Shown: positions 19,810-29,231, numbered from the stretch's first letter. The stretch is 64,000 bases of DNA from Fibrobacteria bacterium (GCA_037447435.1 JBBIGR010000018.1:1-64000); one strand, 5' to 3'. The notes: generated by a model from the sequence alone, not told the origin. Translations and numbers: made by a program.

Positions 19810-19838
19810 TTTCCCCTCCCAGCGCAGAGAAGGGGAAA
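19810..19838 (-). terminator. Hairpin just downstream of uvrA
   Basis: TTTCCCCT (19810-19817) / AGGGGAAA (19831-19838) inverted repeat 15 nt after the uvrA stop. Confidence 0.4.
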
Positions 19839-19853
19839 AAAGAAGCCCGATAA

Positions 19854-22685
19854 TCAGCGTAAATACGGTTTCAAAAACTTTCCTGTTTCGGATTTCGGGT
19901 TTTTGGCGATTTCTTCCGGGGTGCCTGTCGCGATGATGAGACCGCCTTTATCGCCGCCTTCGGGACCGAGATCAATAATCCAGTCGGCACATTTAATGAC
20001 ATCAAGATTATGCTCGATCACGAGAACCGTGTTCCCCTTGTCAACAAGCTCCGCAACAACGTCCATGAGCATGAGGATGTCTTCGAAGTGAAGTCCCGTC
20101 GTTGGTTCGTCGAGTATATAAATGGTTTGACCGGTGGACCGCTTTGCAAGTTCGGTCGCAAGTTTTATTCTCTGCGCTTCGCCGCCGGAAAGCGTGGTCG
20201 CTTGTTGGCCGAGGTGAATGTAACCCAAACCGACACGGGACAATACCTCGAGTTTCGTCTTGATAGCCGGAATCTTATCGAAGAAAACCAAAGCCTCGTC
20301 GACAGTCATGTCGAGTACGTCGGCGATGGACTTCCCTTTGAATGTGATTTCCAAGGTTTCACGATTATAGCGCTTTCCACGACAGGTTTCGCATTCGACA
20401 TAAACATCGGGCAGAAAATGCATTTCTATCTTTAAAACGCCGTCGCCCTCGCACGATTCGCATCTGCCGCCCTTGACATTAAAACTGAAACGGCCGGGAT
20501 TATAACCGCGGATTTTACTTTCGGGCAGCATGGTGAATAACGTCCGGATATGGTCGAACGTTTTCGTATACGTCGCAGGGTTCGAGCGGGGGGTCCGCCC
20601 GATGGGCGATTGGTCTATGTCAATGACTTTGTCTAGATGTTGAAGTCCTTTGATCTGTTTTACGGAAAGTCCCTGGATTTTTGCGCCGTTCAGCTTCCGG
20701 GCGAGGGTCGGATACAATGTCTGATTAATCAATGTGCTTTTTCCGGATCCGGAAACGCCGGTCACGCAAATCAATAAACCGAGCGGAAACTGCGCTTCGA
20801 TGTTCTTTAGATTGTTGCCGTTTGCGCCGATGACTTCGAGAAATTTGCCTGTCTGTTTCCGCCGTTTTGCAGGGAGGGGAATTTCCTTTTTACCGCTCAG
20901 ATATAATCCGGTCGTGGAAGCGGGATTTGCCATCACTTCTTTCGGTGTGCCGATTGCGACCAGTTTTCCGCCGTGAATGCCGGCGCCGGGTCCGATATCG
21001 ATGAGGCAATCGGCGGCGAGCATAGTGTCTTTGTCGTGTTCGATGACGACAACCGTATTGCCGAGATCTCGAAGCGAGACAAGGGTGTCGAGCAATTTGG
21101 AATTGTCGCGCGGATGCAATCCGATGCTCGGTTCGTCTAATATGTAAATTACCCCCGTGAGCCGGGATCCGATTTGCGTCGCAAGCCGTATCCGCTGCGC
21201 TTCTCCGCCGGACAAGGTCGCCGACATGCGGTCGAGCGATAAATAAGAAAGCCCTACATTGACAAGAAAAGAAAGCCGTTCGTGGATTTCCTTGAGTATT
21301 TGTTTGGCGATTTGTTCCTGCCGCTTTGCGAGCGTTAGGTTCGCGAAAAATGCTTTGAGCCCTTCAATAGATAAATGAGATAATTCGGCGATATTCTTCC
21401 CCGAGATATAAATGGCGAGGCTCTGTTTTTTTAGGCGGGTTCCCTTGCAGCCTGGACAGGAACGCTGCGTCATGTATGCCTCGATCCATCGTCTGATTTC
21501 CTCTGAATTGGATTCCTTATACCGCCTGAGCAGGTTGGGAATTACGCCTTCAAAATGCTTTTTGAACTGCCCGAAACCTTCTCCTGTGCGGTTTTCCCAT
21601 TTCATGAGGATTTTTTCATTGCCGGCGCCATGCAGTAATATGGTTTTCTGCTTTTCGGTCAGGGATTTATATGGCTTGTCTATCGGAATGGAAAAATGTT
21701 TGCATACCGCAAGCATCATTTGATGATTCCAGCCCCCCATAGTCGTTGCGCCGTTCCAGGGAACGATCGCACCGTCGAGAAGCGATAGCGATTGGTCGGG
21801 CGCAACAAGGTCTTCATCGATTTCCATGAGATAGCCGAGACCGTTACAGTCTTCGCAGGCACCGAACGGATTGTTGAAGGAAAACATCCGCGGCGACAAT
21901 TCGTCGTAGCTAATGCCGCAATGCGGGCAGGCTAAAAGCTCGGAGAAAACAATAGGCTGTTTATCGATGACATCAACGATGATAGTGCCGTTTGTCGAGA
22001 GTTTGAGGGCCGTTTCAATCGAGTCGACGAGCCGCCCTTTGACACTTGCCGTATTAACGAGGCGGTCGACAACGACCTCGATTGAATGTTTTTTATTTTT
22101 GTCAAGAGGTATCTGTTCGTCGAGCGTGTATGTGTTACCGTCGACGCGAACGCGAACGAACCCGTCTTTTTGGAGTTTGTCGAAAAGGTCCTTGTATTCT
22201 CCTTTACGCCCGGAAATAACAGGAGATAGTATTTGGAATTTAGTGTTTGCCGATAGCGCCATGATTTGGTCCGTAATTTCCTGTACTGTTTGGCGGGTGA
22301 TCGGTCTATTGCATTTATAGCATGTCGGATCGCCTATTCTTGCAAAAAGCAACCGCATATAATCATGGATTTCGGTGATGGTTCCCACGGTAGAACGAGG
22401 GTTATGGCCCGTGGTTTTCTGTTCGATTGAAATAGCGGGAGACAAACCTTCGATGGAGTCGACATCCGGTTTTTCCATGAGACCGAGGAATTGACGCGCA
22501 TAGGCGGATAATGATTCGACATACCGCCGCTGGCCTTCGGAATATAAGGTGTCAAACGCGAGCGAGGACTTTCCTGAGCCCGAAAGGCCGGTAATGACAG
22601 TAAGGCTTCCCCGTGGAATGGTAACGTCAATGTTTTTAAGGTTGTGTTCGCGGGCGCCTTTAATGACTATGTCTTTTTGATTCAT
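19854..22685 (-). CDS. uvrA: Excinuclease ABC subunit A
   Basis: GAREHNLKN, two ABC modules ([24 protein letters not shown] twice), zinc fingers, 943 aa. Confidence 0.98.
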   Translation of the reverse strand: MNQKDIVIKGAREHNLKNIDVTIPRGSLTVITGLSGSGKSSLAFDTLYSEGQRRYVESLSAYARQFLGLMEKPDVDSIEGLSPAISIEQKTTGHNPRSTVGTITEIHDYMRLLFARIGDPTCYKCNRPITRQTVQEITDQIMALSANTKFQILSPVISGRKGEYKDLFDKLQKDGFVRVRVDGNTYTLDEQIPLDKNKKHSIEVVVDRLVNTASVKGRLVDSIETALKLSTNGTIIVDVIDKQPIVFSELLACPHCGISYDELSPRMFSFNNPFGACEDCNGLGYLMEIDEDLVAPDQSLSLLDGAIVPWNGATTMGGWNHQMMLAVCKHFSIPIDKPYKSLTEKQKTILLHGAGNEKILMKWENRTGEGFGQFKKHFEGVIPNLLRRYKESNSEEIRRWIEAYMTQRSCPGCKGTRLKKQSLAIYISGKNIAELSHLSIEGLKAFFANLTLAKRQEQIAKQILKEIHERLSFLVNVGLSYLSLDRMSATLSGGEAQRIRLATQIGSRLTGVIYILDEPSIGLHPRDNSKLLDTLVSLRDLGNTVVVIEHDKDTMLAADCLIDIGPGAGIHGGKLVAIGTPKEVMANPASTTGLYLSGKKEIPLPAKRRKQTGKFLEVIGANGNNLKNIEAQFPLGLLICVTGVSGSGKSTLINQTLYPTLARKLNGAKIQGLSVKQIKGLQHLDKVIDIDQSPIGRTPRSNPATYTKTFDHIRTLFTMLPESKIRGYNPGRFSFNVKGGRCESCEGDGVLKIEMHFLPDVYVECETCRGKRYNRETLEITFKGKSIADVLDMTVDEALVFFDKIPAIKTKLEVLSRVGLGYIHLGQQATTLSGGEAQRIKLATELAKRSTGQTIYILDEPTTGLHFEDILMLMDVVAELVDKGNTVLVIEHNLDVIKCADWIIDLGPEGGDKGGLIIATGTPEEIAKNPKSETGKFLKPYLR

Positions 22686-22806
22686 GATAAATTCTCTTTA
22701 AAAGTGGTAGATGAAATAACGAGCACGCATAAAACGGTTTGAAACCAAATTACGCTTAAACGAATGTCAAAATTACTACCTGCGGGTGAAAAACGGAAAA
22801 AACTAA

Positions 22807-23238
22807 TTACGACTGCATTTCCTGCTGCTTATCCTGATCAACGGCATGATATGCATCGTAGGCATCCTGAACCGCTTCGGTTAGTTTTACCCGATTGAAC
22901 GGCTTGAAAAGGCAAGGGTAACGCGACGTTTTGTAGATCTTGACAAGAGTATGCTTTGGATTGTAACCGAAACCGGTCATGAGCAATACCTGGGATGGAA
23001 TGGCTTTGTCTTTGAGCTTGCCGATAAATTCGTATCCGTCCATTTCGGGCATGGCAATATCGGTGATCACCAGAAAAAACTTTTCCGTCTCAAGGTACGC
23101 GAAGGCTTCTTTGGTGGTAGACGCAAGAGTTGTTTCCCATCCCAGGCTTCCCAAATAGATTTTAAGGAAGTCTAGGACGTCTTCTTCATCGTCGAGGATG
23201 AGAATGCGCTTATTAGGTTCTTTTTGCGATAAGTCCAT
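22807..23238 (-). CDS. Stand-alone response regulator receiver domain
   Basis: ILILDDE, phospho-acceptor VITDIAMP, LMTG, FKPF; no output domain. Confidence 0.88.
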   Translation of the reverse strand: MDLSQKEPNKRILILDDEEDVLDFLKIYLGSLGWETTLASTTKEAFAYLETEKFFLVITDIAMPEMDGYEFIGKLKDKAIPSQVLLMTGFGYNPKHTLVKIYKTSRYPCLFKPFNRVKLTEAVQDAYDAYHAVDQDKQQEMQS

Positions 23239-23590
23239 GAACTTTATCTATCAATTCTTGTTTGCCGAAAGGCTTGGTGATATATGCATCGGCTTTCATC
23301 ACGTGCAGGCCGACCATTTCGTCGAATCCTTGTGTTTTTGCCGTTAAAATCGCAATAGGTATATCGGCGAATTCCTTGTCGCTTCGAATCAGTTTGAAAA
23401 CTTCCCATCCGTTAAGCTTGGGCATAGACAGGTCGAGAAGAACCAGGTCGGGCTTGTATTGTTTTACCGTGTCGTAGGCCGCGCAGGGATCCAAGACGGT
23501 TTGGACCTCGTAATTCTGTGTTTCAAGCACGAGCTTTACCAACTCGGCGATGTCCATTTCGTCTTCTACAACGATGATTTTCTTTTTCAT
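23213..23590 (-). CDS. Stand-alone response regulator receiver domain
   Basis: IIVVEDE, LLDLSMP, ILTA, YITKPF; 125 aa, no output domain. Confidence 0.9.
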   Translation of the reverse strand: MKKKIIVVEDEMDIAELVKLVLETQNYEVQTVLDPCAAYDTVKQYKPDLVLLDLSMPKLNGWEVFKLIRSDKEFADIPIAILTAKTQGFDEMVGLHVMKADAYITKPFGKQELIDKVHGLIAKRT

Positions 23591-23603
23591 AAGGACTATG
23601 CCC

Positions 23604-23903
23604 CTATTTTCTCAAGTATTCGAAAAACGCCCAGCTCCAATATCGCAAGCTTACGACAAACGCACATACCGCGGCGCAAAAACGGATGCCCATTGGAATT
23701 ATTGCAGGAACGTGAATATTGATATCGTTCAGTATTGAATCTCCGAGGGCCGTGATCGCTATAATCAGGGAGGTAACGTATAATAACCGATAATACGGCT
23801 TGATTTTCAGAGCTTCGCCGATTCGGCGGCTCAGATAAGCGATAATGATCATGATAACCACGACCGATGCGTCGAAAACAATGAGGCTGTGCATTGTTGC
23901 CAT
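23604..23903 (-). CDS. Small 3-TM membrane protein of unknown function
   Basis: Three hydrophobic segments, LSRRIGEALKIKPYYR loop, RYWSW motif; tightly packed in operon. Confidence 0.7.
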   Translation of the reverse strand: MATMHSLIVFDASVVVIMIIIAYLSRRIGEALKIKPYYRLLYVTSLIIAITALGDSILNDINIHVPAIIPMGIRFCAAVCAFVVSLRYWSWAFFEYLRK

Positions 23904-23906
23904 GGT

Positions 23907-24221
23907 TTATTTCCTGACTTTCCTCATGGTAAAGAAAAGGTTCAGCGAACTGATTGCGGAAACGGCGGCGCAAAGGATAATAAGAACAAACTGTACGAGC
24001 CCCGCGGTATCGGGGTGGCGATTGAAAGAAACGAGAATACTCCCTGCATAGCACAATGCAAGAAGTATGGCGATAATAAATCCGCTGCGAGGCGACTTCT
24101 GCCCGATTTTCTTCATGTAAAACGACGAAATAACAAACATGAGAAAATTAAGGCAAATCACCGCCAGGATATATCCTGCAAGGAGGATACGCGCCGGTTC
24201 CAACAGAAGCGTCGGGTGCAT
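23907..24221 (-). CDS. Small 3-TM membrane protein of unknown function
   Basis: Three hydrophobic segments, FYMKKIGQK loop, basic C-tail; ATG abuts the KaiC-like stop (TAAATG). Confidence 0.7.
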   Translation of the reverse strand: MHPTLLLEPARILLAGYILAVICLNFLMFVISSFYMKKIGQKSPRSGFIIAILLALCYAGSILVSFNRHPDTAGLVQFVLIILCAAVSAISSLNLFFTMRKVRK

Positions 24222-24992
24222 TTATTTTTTTCCGAAAACGTTTACAAATGCGTCCTGAGGCGTATGATGTGAAATGCCGCTCATGATCCCCTCACGGCCA
24301 GAAAATTTTGCGTCCACTTCAATGCCTTTGGGTCCAATCTTAAAGAGCCGGATGTCTTTTTGATGATCGCTTCCGCGCATTTTAAGAATTAGGAACGCCT
24401 TTTGTATTGTACTGTCTATTTCAACATACCGCAAGAGAAAATATGAATCGACGATAAACGGGATTTTGCTCGTGACGCGATCCATTTGGCCCATGAGGCT
24501 GTCGTTCTCTCGCAATAAGATACTCGTGACATTTTCACGCTTGAGAGCATTAATGAATTTCCGTTCGATGTCTCGAAGATGAAATTCGTCGAGCGACAAG
24601 GATTCGAAATGCGTGACGCTGTCGACGACGACGCGTTTGATTTTCATTTTTTCTATAATATTAATGAAAGTGCCGTCGACATTTTCGAATTCTTTAAGCG
24701 TTGTTTCGGGGTCGGAAAAAACCACCTTGAGTTTTCCTTGCGCTTCGAGTTTCTTAAGGTCCCACCCGAATTGCATTGCATCATGATAATACTGCTGCGG
24801 GAATTCTTCAAAGGTAATGATAAGGCCCGGCTCGTCGAATTGCGTTATTCCATTATAAATAAACTGCATGGCCATGGTTGTTTTGCCTGTGCCGGGTGCG
24901 CCTTCGAGTAAATTTGCGGATCCGGGCAAAAGGCCGCCGAAAATCATTTCGTCGAGGCCTTTGATTCCGAATGGTGCTCGCTTTTCCTTCAT
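24222..24992 (-). CDS. Single-domain KaiC/GvpD/RAD55-family RecA-like ATPase
   Basis: AAGGAG RBS before ATG 24992; GIKGLDEM..GGL, Walker A GAPGTGKT, TFEE, Walker B VVVDS, LKMRGS.H. Confidence 0.9.
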   Translation of the reverse strand: MKEKRAPFGIKGLDEMIFGGLLPGSANLLEGAPGTGKTTMAMQFIYNGITQFDEPGLIITFEEFPQQYYHDAMQFGWDLKKLEAQGKLKVVFSDPETTLKEFENVDGTFINIIEKMKIKRVVVDSVTHFESLSLDEFHLRDIERKFINALKRENVTSILLRENDSLMGQMDRVTSKIPFIVDSYFLLRYVEIDSTIQKAFLILKMRGSDHQKDIRLFKIGPKGIEVDAKFSGREGIMSGISHHTPQDAFVNVFGKK

Positions 24993-25008
24993 GGTCGTGC
25001 TCCTTTGG

Positions 25009-25989
25009 TCAGGAGAAAAGGTGGACGATGATTGCTTTTTGAATATGGAGCCTGTTTTCTGCTTCATCGAGTGCTATCGACCGGGCCGAATCCAAAACAT
25101 CGCTGGTGATTTCTTCGCCGCGGTGGGCAGGCAAACAATGTGAAACCAGGCAATCGCGAGGCGCTTTGGCCAGCAAAGCCTGGTTCACTTGAAATTGCTT
25201 GAATTTTTTTATCCGTACAGCCGTTTCCTGCTCCTGACCCATACTGGTCCAGACATCGGTGTAAAGAACCGAGGCGTCGGCAACCGCGTCGTTGACATTT
25301 GTTGCAAGGGCAATCGAGGCGCCGGTTTGTTGGGCGATTTTCCTGCATTGAAAAACGATGTCCGGTTTGGGTTGATATCCTTTTGGGCCAACGGCGGTAA
25401 ACCGGTATCCCAGTTTTGCGCATAATACCATAATCGACTGGCAGACATTGTTACCGTCGCCGACAAATACGACGTGCGCTTTTTTCGGGGCGTCTAAACG
25501 TTCGTACATTGTCAAGCCAAGGGCCAGTGCCTGGCAGGGATGAAACGTATCGGACAAGGCGTTAATGACAGGTATTGAACTATGCGCAGCTAATTCGGTG
25601 ACGGTTTTGTGTGAAAACGTGCGCGCAATAATCAGATGCACCCAGCGTTCAAGATTCATTGCGACATCCTTGACGCTTTCCCGTTTTCCCATCTGACCCA
25701 TATCGGATCCCATATAGATGGCGTGGCCGCCCAGTTCGTTTATTGCGGTTTCGAATGTAATGCGGGTGCGAAGCGAAGGCTTCTCGAAAATCAAAACCCC
25801 GGTCTTTTCGGCAAAGGCTTTAGGGTCTTTTTTCAAACGTTTTTGCTTCAGTGCTTTTGCGTTGCGAATGAGATGCTTGACTTCGTCGGGCGAATAATCG
25901 AGCAGCGTCAACAGATCTTTCTTTGATTGACCGCGCGGATTATCGGTATACGAAGGATAAATTCCGTTAGTTGATTTTGTAGATTTCAT
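25009..25989 (-). CDS. argF: Ornithine carbamoyltransferase
   Basis: FEKPSLRT, HPCQ, VGDGNNV, YTDVWTSMG, HCLPAHRG, EAENRLH. Confidence 0.95.
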   Translation of the reverse strand: MKSTKSTNGIYPSYTDNPRGQSKKDLLTLLDYSPDEVKHLIRNAKALKQKRLKKDPKAFAEKTGVLIFEKPSLRTRITFETAINELGGHAIYMGSDMGQMGKRESVKDVAMNLERWVHLIIARTFSHKTVTELAAHSSIPVINALSDTFHPCQALALGLTMYERLDAPKKAHVVFVGDGNNVCQSIMVLCAKLGYRFTAVGPKGYQPKPDIVFQCRKIAQQTGASIALATNVNDAVADASVLYTDVWTSMGQEQETAVRIKKFKQFQVNQALLAKAPRDCLVSHCLPAHRGEEITSDVLDSARSIALDEAENRLHIQKAIIVHLFS

Positions 25990-26345
25990 CCTGCACTTGT
26001 CCGGATCGTGTTGGTTTGCTTCATCGTTTGCGGCTCGATAAGATCATAAAAGAACGCGCAATACGCTGCGGTTTTAAATCTTAATATAGGTACTTTGCTC
26101 AAAACAGATGAATAAAATAATTATTGAACATCAAAGCCTTGCAAGTTAAATCAATTTATTCTGGAAATTGAAAAAGAATTATTCTTGCTTCTTTTGTGGT
26201 AAATCTCACATATTAAACTACAGGAGAGAAGAGTATTGTTTAAAATATCTCCCTATTTTATAGGGAGGCAATGCTTTTTAAGGGTGCGAAATGCAAAATA
26301 ACATCGCTGTCGTGCCACGTTTCACTTAATGTCAGGAGGCTTCAG

Positions 26346-26693
26346 GTGGAAATTACAGAGGTTCGGATCACCTTGCGAAATGAAGAGAAGCTCAAGGCGT
26401 TTGCAAGCATCACTTTTGATGATTGTTTTGTCGTTCGAGGACTTAAAGTGATTAACGGGTCGCAGGGATATTTCGTATCCATGCCCTCGAGAAAACGCAA
26501 GGATGGAAGCTATCAGGATGTTGCGCATCCGATAAATAATGAGATGAGAAAAAAAATTGAAGACAAAGTATTAGACGCGTTCGAAGCTGAATTGAATAAA
26601 GCCGGTGCAAATCCTGGAATTATTAAAGCCGCACCAGGTGAAGAGGAAGATTTCGATTTGGAGGAAGAAGCTTCAAAATCAAGCAATGCCTAA
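26346..26693 (+). CDS. spoVG: Septation regulator / nucleic-acid-binding protein SpoVG
   Basis: AGGAGG RBS then GTG 26346; EITEVRI, LKAFASITFDDCFVV, FVSMPSRK, DVAHPI; acidic C-tail. Confidence 0.93.
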   Translation: MEITEVRITLRNEEKLKAFASITFDDCFVVRGLKVINGSQGYFVSMPSRKRKDGSYQDVAHPINNEMRKKIEDKVLDAFEAELNKAGANPGIIKAAPGEEEDFDLEEEASKSSNA

Positions 26694-26872
26694 GGTTGGC
26701 TACTGAGCGGACCGCGATATGAAGGGCGTTTTCCCCGTTATGCAAAGGGCTTTGCGTGCTCTTCTGCCACGGGATGATTTACTTGAAAATAGCCCTTTAA
26801 TATTTATTCTGCTATAAAGTTTCCCAAACGCCATCCCAAATATTATTTTTAAAAAATTTGCTATTCGCATAC

Positions 26873-26947
26873 AGGGGCGTCGACAAGTGGCAAGTCACGA
26901 GGTTTTGGTCCTCGCATTCGGTGGTTCGAATCCATCCGCCCCTGCCA
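26873..26947 (+). tRNA. tRNA-Gln (anticodon UUG)
   Basis: Cloverleaf: acceptor AGGGGCG/CGCCCCT, anticodon arm CGAGG-TTTTGGT-CCTCG, T arm GGTGG-TTCGAAT-CCATC, encoded CCA. Confidence 0.96.
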
Positions 26948-27060
26948 TTCATAGCAAAACGTTTGGATGGTTCGAACTAAAAGTGGTTCGAAACCGCAGA
27001 TTCGCCGAGGGGCGAATCCTTCCGAAATAAGAATAAATCGTTACGGTTGGGCCGGAGGCC

Positions 27061-27081
27061 AATCCATCCGCCCCTGCCATT
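27061..27081 (+). repeat. Perfect 21-bp direct repeat of the tRNA-Gln 3' end (att-like)
   Basis: AATCCATCCGCCCCTGCCATT at 26929-26949 and 27061-27081. Confidence 0.9.
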
Positions 27082-27113
27082 TTAAAAGGAAATTATTTTT
27101 CAGGAGGTATAGA

Positions 27114-27854
27114 GTGGATATCATCAAATTGACTGCCCGGCAAAGAACTGGTTCCGGGAAATCGTATACGCGTAAAGCTCGCGTTGCCGGTTGGGTTCCT
27201 GCAATCTATTACGGCCATAACATGCAGCCAAAAAACATTGAGATTAGCGGTGCGGAATTTACGACTCTGGTCCGTCAGAAAAAAACCCGTCATCTTTTCG
27301 AATTGCAAGGTTTGAGCGAAGACAGCGGCGAAGCTGTTGCAATTATAAAAGAAATACAGAGAGACATTATCGACAGGAAAAAATTTTTACATGTTGATTT
27401 TCAGCATGTCGCAATGGATGAAAAAGTGACTGTGCAAGTTCTGATCGAGCTTGTCGGGCTTCCTCCTATCGGTGTCAAAGAATCGGCTGGCGTTCTGCAG
27501 CATTCGGCGAAAACCATTAAAATTGAATGCTTGCCGGCAAATATTCCGGAAAAAATAAATGTCGATGTTTCCAAGCTCGACATTGGAGATTCCATTCATA
27601 TTCGCGATATTACGGTGGAGAATGCGATCATTAAAGATTCTCCGGACGAAGTCATTGCCGTTGTCATTATGCCGACTTCGGAAGAAGTTAAAGCTCCTGA
27701 AGCCGCTGCTGCAACCGCCGAAGGCGCTGCCGCTCCTGCTGCGGGTGCCGCTGCTGCTGCTGCAGATGGTGCCAAAACTGCTGAACCTGCTAAAGCTGGT
27801 GATGCAAAAGACGCAAAAGCCGGTGCAAAAGACAAGGACGCTAAAAAGAAATAA
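27114..27854 (+). CDS. rplY: 50S ribosomal protein L25/Ctc
   Basis: AGGAGG RBS, GTG 27114; VPAIYYG, HVDFQ, CLPANIPE.I.VDVS.L.IGDSIH; Ala/Lys-rich tail. Confidence 0.95.
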   Translation: MDIIKLTARQRTGSGKSYTRKARVAGWVPAIYYGHNMQPKNIEISGAEFTTLVRQKKTRHLFELQGLSEDSGEAVAIIKEIQRDIIDRKKFLHVDFQHVAMDEKVTVQVLIELVGLPPIGVKESAGVLQHSAKTIKIECLPANIPEKINVDVSKLDIGDSIHIRDITVENAIIKDSPDEVIAVVIMPTSEEVKAPEAAAATAEGAAAPAAGAAAAAADGAKTAEPAKAGDAKDAKAGAKDKDAKKK

Positions 27855-27877
27855 TTCAATGAGAGTTTAAAGCCGCG

Positions 27878-28516
27878 ATGTCTTTTTTATCTAATATATT
27901 CGCGGTATTTCGCAGGCAAACGCAAAAAACCAATGCCGATTATGTTATAGTCGGCATTGGTAATGTTGGAAGCAAATACGAAAATACCCGCCATAATATC
28001 GGGTTTATGGTTGCAGATCAATGTCTGGCAAATGCGACCAATATACAAAAAGTAGCAATTCCGTCGGCGCAATGTGCTGTCGGCTTTTTTTCAGGGAAAA
28101 ATGTTGCTTTTGTAAAACCAACAACGTTTGTCAATAAATCGGGCGACGCGGTCGCTGCCGCACTGAAAACATTGGGTTTGCCCGTTGGCCGCTGTTTGAT
28201 TGTCGTAGATGATTATAATCTTTCCTTGGGAAGCATGCGCTTTCGCCAGGGCGGCTCCGACGGAGGGCATAACGGCCTAAAGTCGATTATCGAGGCGATT
28301 GGCCAGGATTTTCCTCGTTTACGAATCGGTATCGGCCCTCGACCTAAGGATATGAGCACCATAGATTTTGTCTTGGGAAAATTTACGGAGCAGGAAGAAA
28401 AAATCGTTCTGAATGTTTCTAAGAAGGCGTTGAACGGAATAGAAATTTTTGTAAATAATACTGTTGAAAAAGCAACTGCGGTTTTCAATAGTCCGGATAA
28501 AAGTATTTTGAAATAA
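27878..28516 (+). CDS. pth: Peptidyl-tRNA hydrolase
   Basis: IVGIGN.G..Y..TRHNIGF, KPTTFVN.SG, GGHNGLKSI, RLRIGIG. Confidence 0.95.
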   Translation: MSFLSNIFAVFRRQTQKTNADYVIVGIGNVGSKYENTRHNIGFMVADQCLANATNIQKVAIPSAQCAVGFFSGKNVAFVKPTTFVNKSGDAVAAALKTLGLPVGRCLIVVDDYNLSLGSMRFRQGGSDGGHNGLKSIIEAIGQDFPRLRIGIGPRPKDMSTIDFVLGKFTEQEEKIVLNVSKKALNGIEIFVNNTVEKATAVFNSPDKSILK

Positions 28517-28555
28517 TGTTCTTGTCTCGCAGGGTTTTTCCTGCACTATCTTACA

Positions 28556-28615
28556 TCCTGCTTCATCATAGCACATTGAACGCGGTGCACAGATGAAGCC
28601 TTTGACCAAAGGAGG
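28556..28615 (+). promoter_or_regulatory. Putative S6:S18 ribosomal-protein autoregulatory leader RNA
   Basis: TCCT (anti-SD), then stem GCTTCATC/GATGAAGC, then CTTTGACCAAAGGAGG with CCA in the loop before the SD; same layout as known rpsF leaders. Confidence 0.6.
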
Positions 28616-28621
28616 TTCGCG

Positions 28622-28957
28622 TTGAAACGACCGTACGAGTCTATCGTCATATTTGACGGCACTCTTTCTGACGACACCATTATCGGTGAAAGCAAAAAGA
28701 TTGAAGAGTTCCTTGCTAAAAACGCCGCTTTTGAATCGACAGTCGTGTGGGGAAAACGTCACATGGCTTACATCATTAAAAAGAAAAAATCAGGCGTTTA
28801 TCACCTCTTTAATTATTCCGGCGAAGGTGATGTTGCCGGTAAATTGGAAAAATTCCTCAAACTGAACGAGACTGTTTTGCGGCATCTCACAGTTGTAAGA
28901 GAAGACCGACCGGCAAAGGCGGATGTTGTTGTGCCATCATCTGAGGAGCGTGCATAA
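28622..28957 (+). CDS. rpsF: 30S ribosomal protein S6
   Basis: YESIVIF, WGKR.MAY.IKK...[13 protein letters not shown] start with GGAGG RBS. Confidence 0.93.
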   Translation: MKRPYESIVIFDGTLSDDTIIGESKKIEEFLAKNAAFESTVVWGKRHMAYIIKKKKSGVYHLFNYSGEGDVAGKLEKFLKLNETVLRHLTVVREDRPAKADVVVPSSEERA

Positions 28958-29184
28958 TGTATAAAAAAGCAAGAATGAAAAAAGTATGTTGGTTTGACCA
29001 GAATTCAATTGAACCGGATTATAAAGATCAGAGAATGATGGAAAGTTTCATTACCGAACGGGGAAAAATTGTTCCGCGCCGGTTGTCGGGCGTTTGTGCA
29101 AAGCATCAAAAGGCGCTTTCCGTTGCCATTAAGCGTGCACGTTATTTGGCGATGATCCCGTTTGTGGCGGAAAACATCAGATAA
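28957..29184 (+). CDS. rpsR: 30S ribosomal protein S18
   Basis: [28 protein letters not shown]. Confidence 0.95.
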   Translation: MYKKARMKKVCWFDQNSIEPDYKDQRMMESFITERGKIVPRRLSGVCAKHQKALSVAIKRARYLAMIPFVAENIR

Positions 29185-29231
29185 TCCGCCCCTGTCATTT
29201 ACTAAAGCAAGAAAAAGAGGAGCATTCTGCT

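Noticed and set aside
22712..22726. LexA box upstream of uvrA (minus strand TGCTC-N4-TTTCA)
   Set aside because: Two mismatches to the reported Fibrobacter TGCNC-N4-GTGCA box; too weak to call
24222..24992. Circadian clock KaiC
   Set aside because: Single domain, no Ser-Thr phosphosites, and no kaiA or kaiB in the window
26107..26126. ArgR box upstream of argF
   Set aside because: Only one half-site (TGAAT) in an AT-rich tract
26929..27081. Intact integrative element or second tRNA gene
   Set aside because: Only 111 bp between repeats, no ORF, and no complete cloverleaf in the second copy
26967..27113. N-terminal extension of rplY in the ORF track
   Set aside because: It runs through the tRNA-derived repeat; AGGAGG points to GTG 27114
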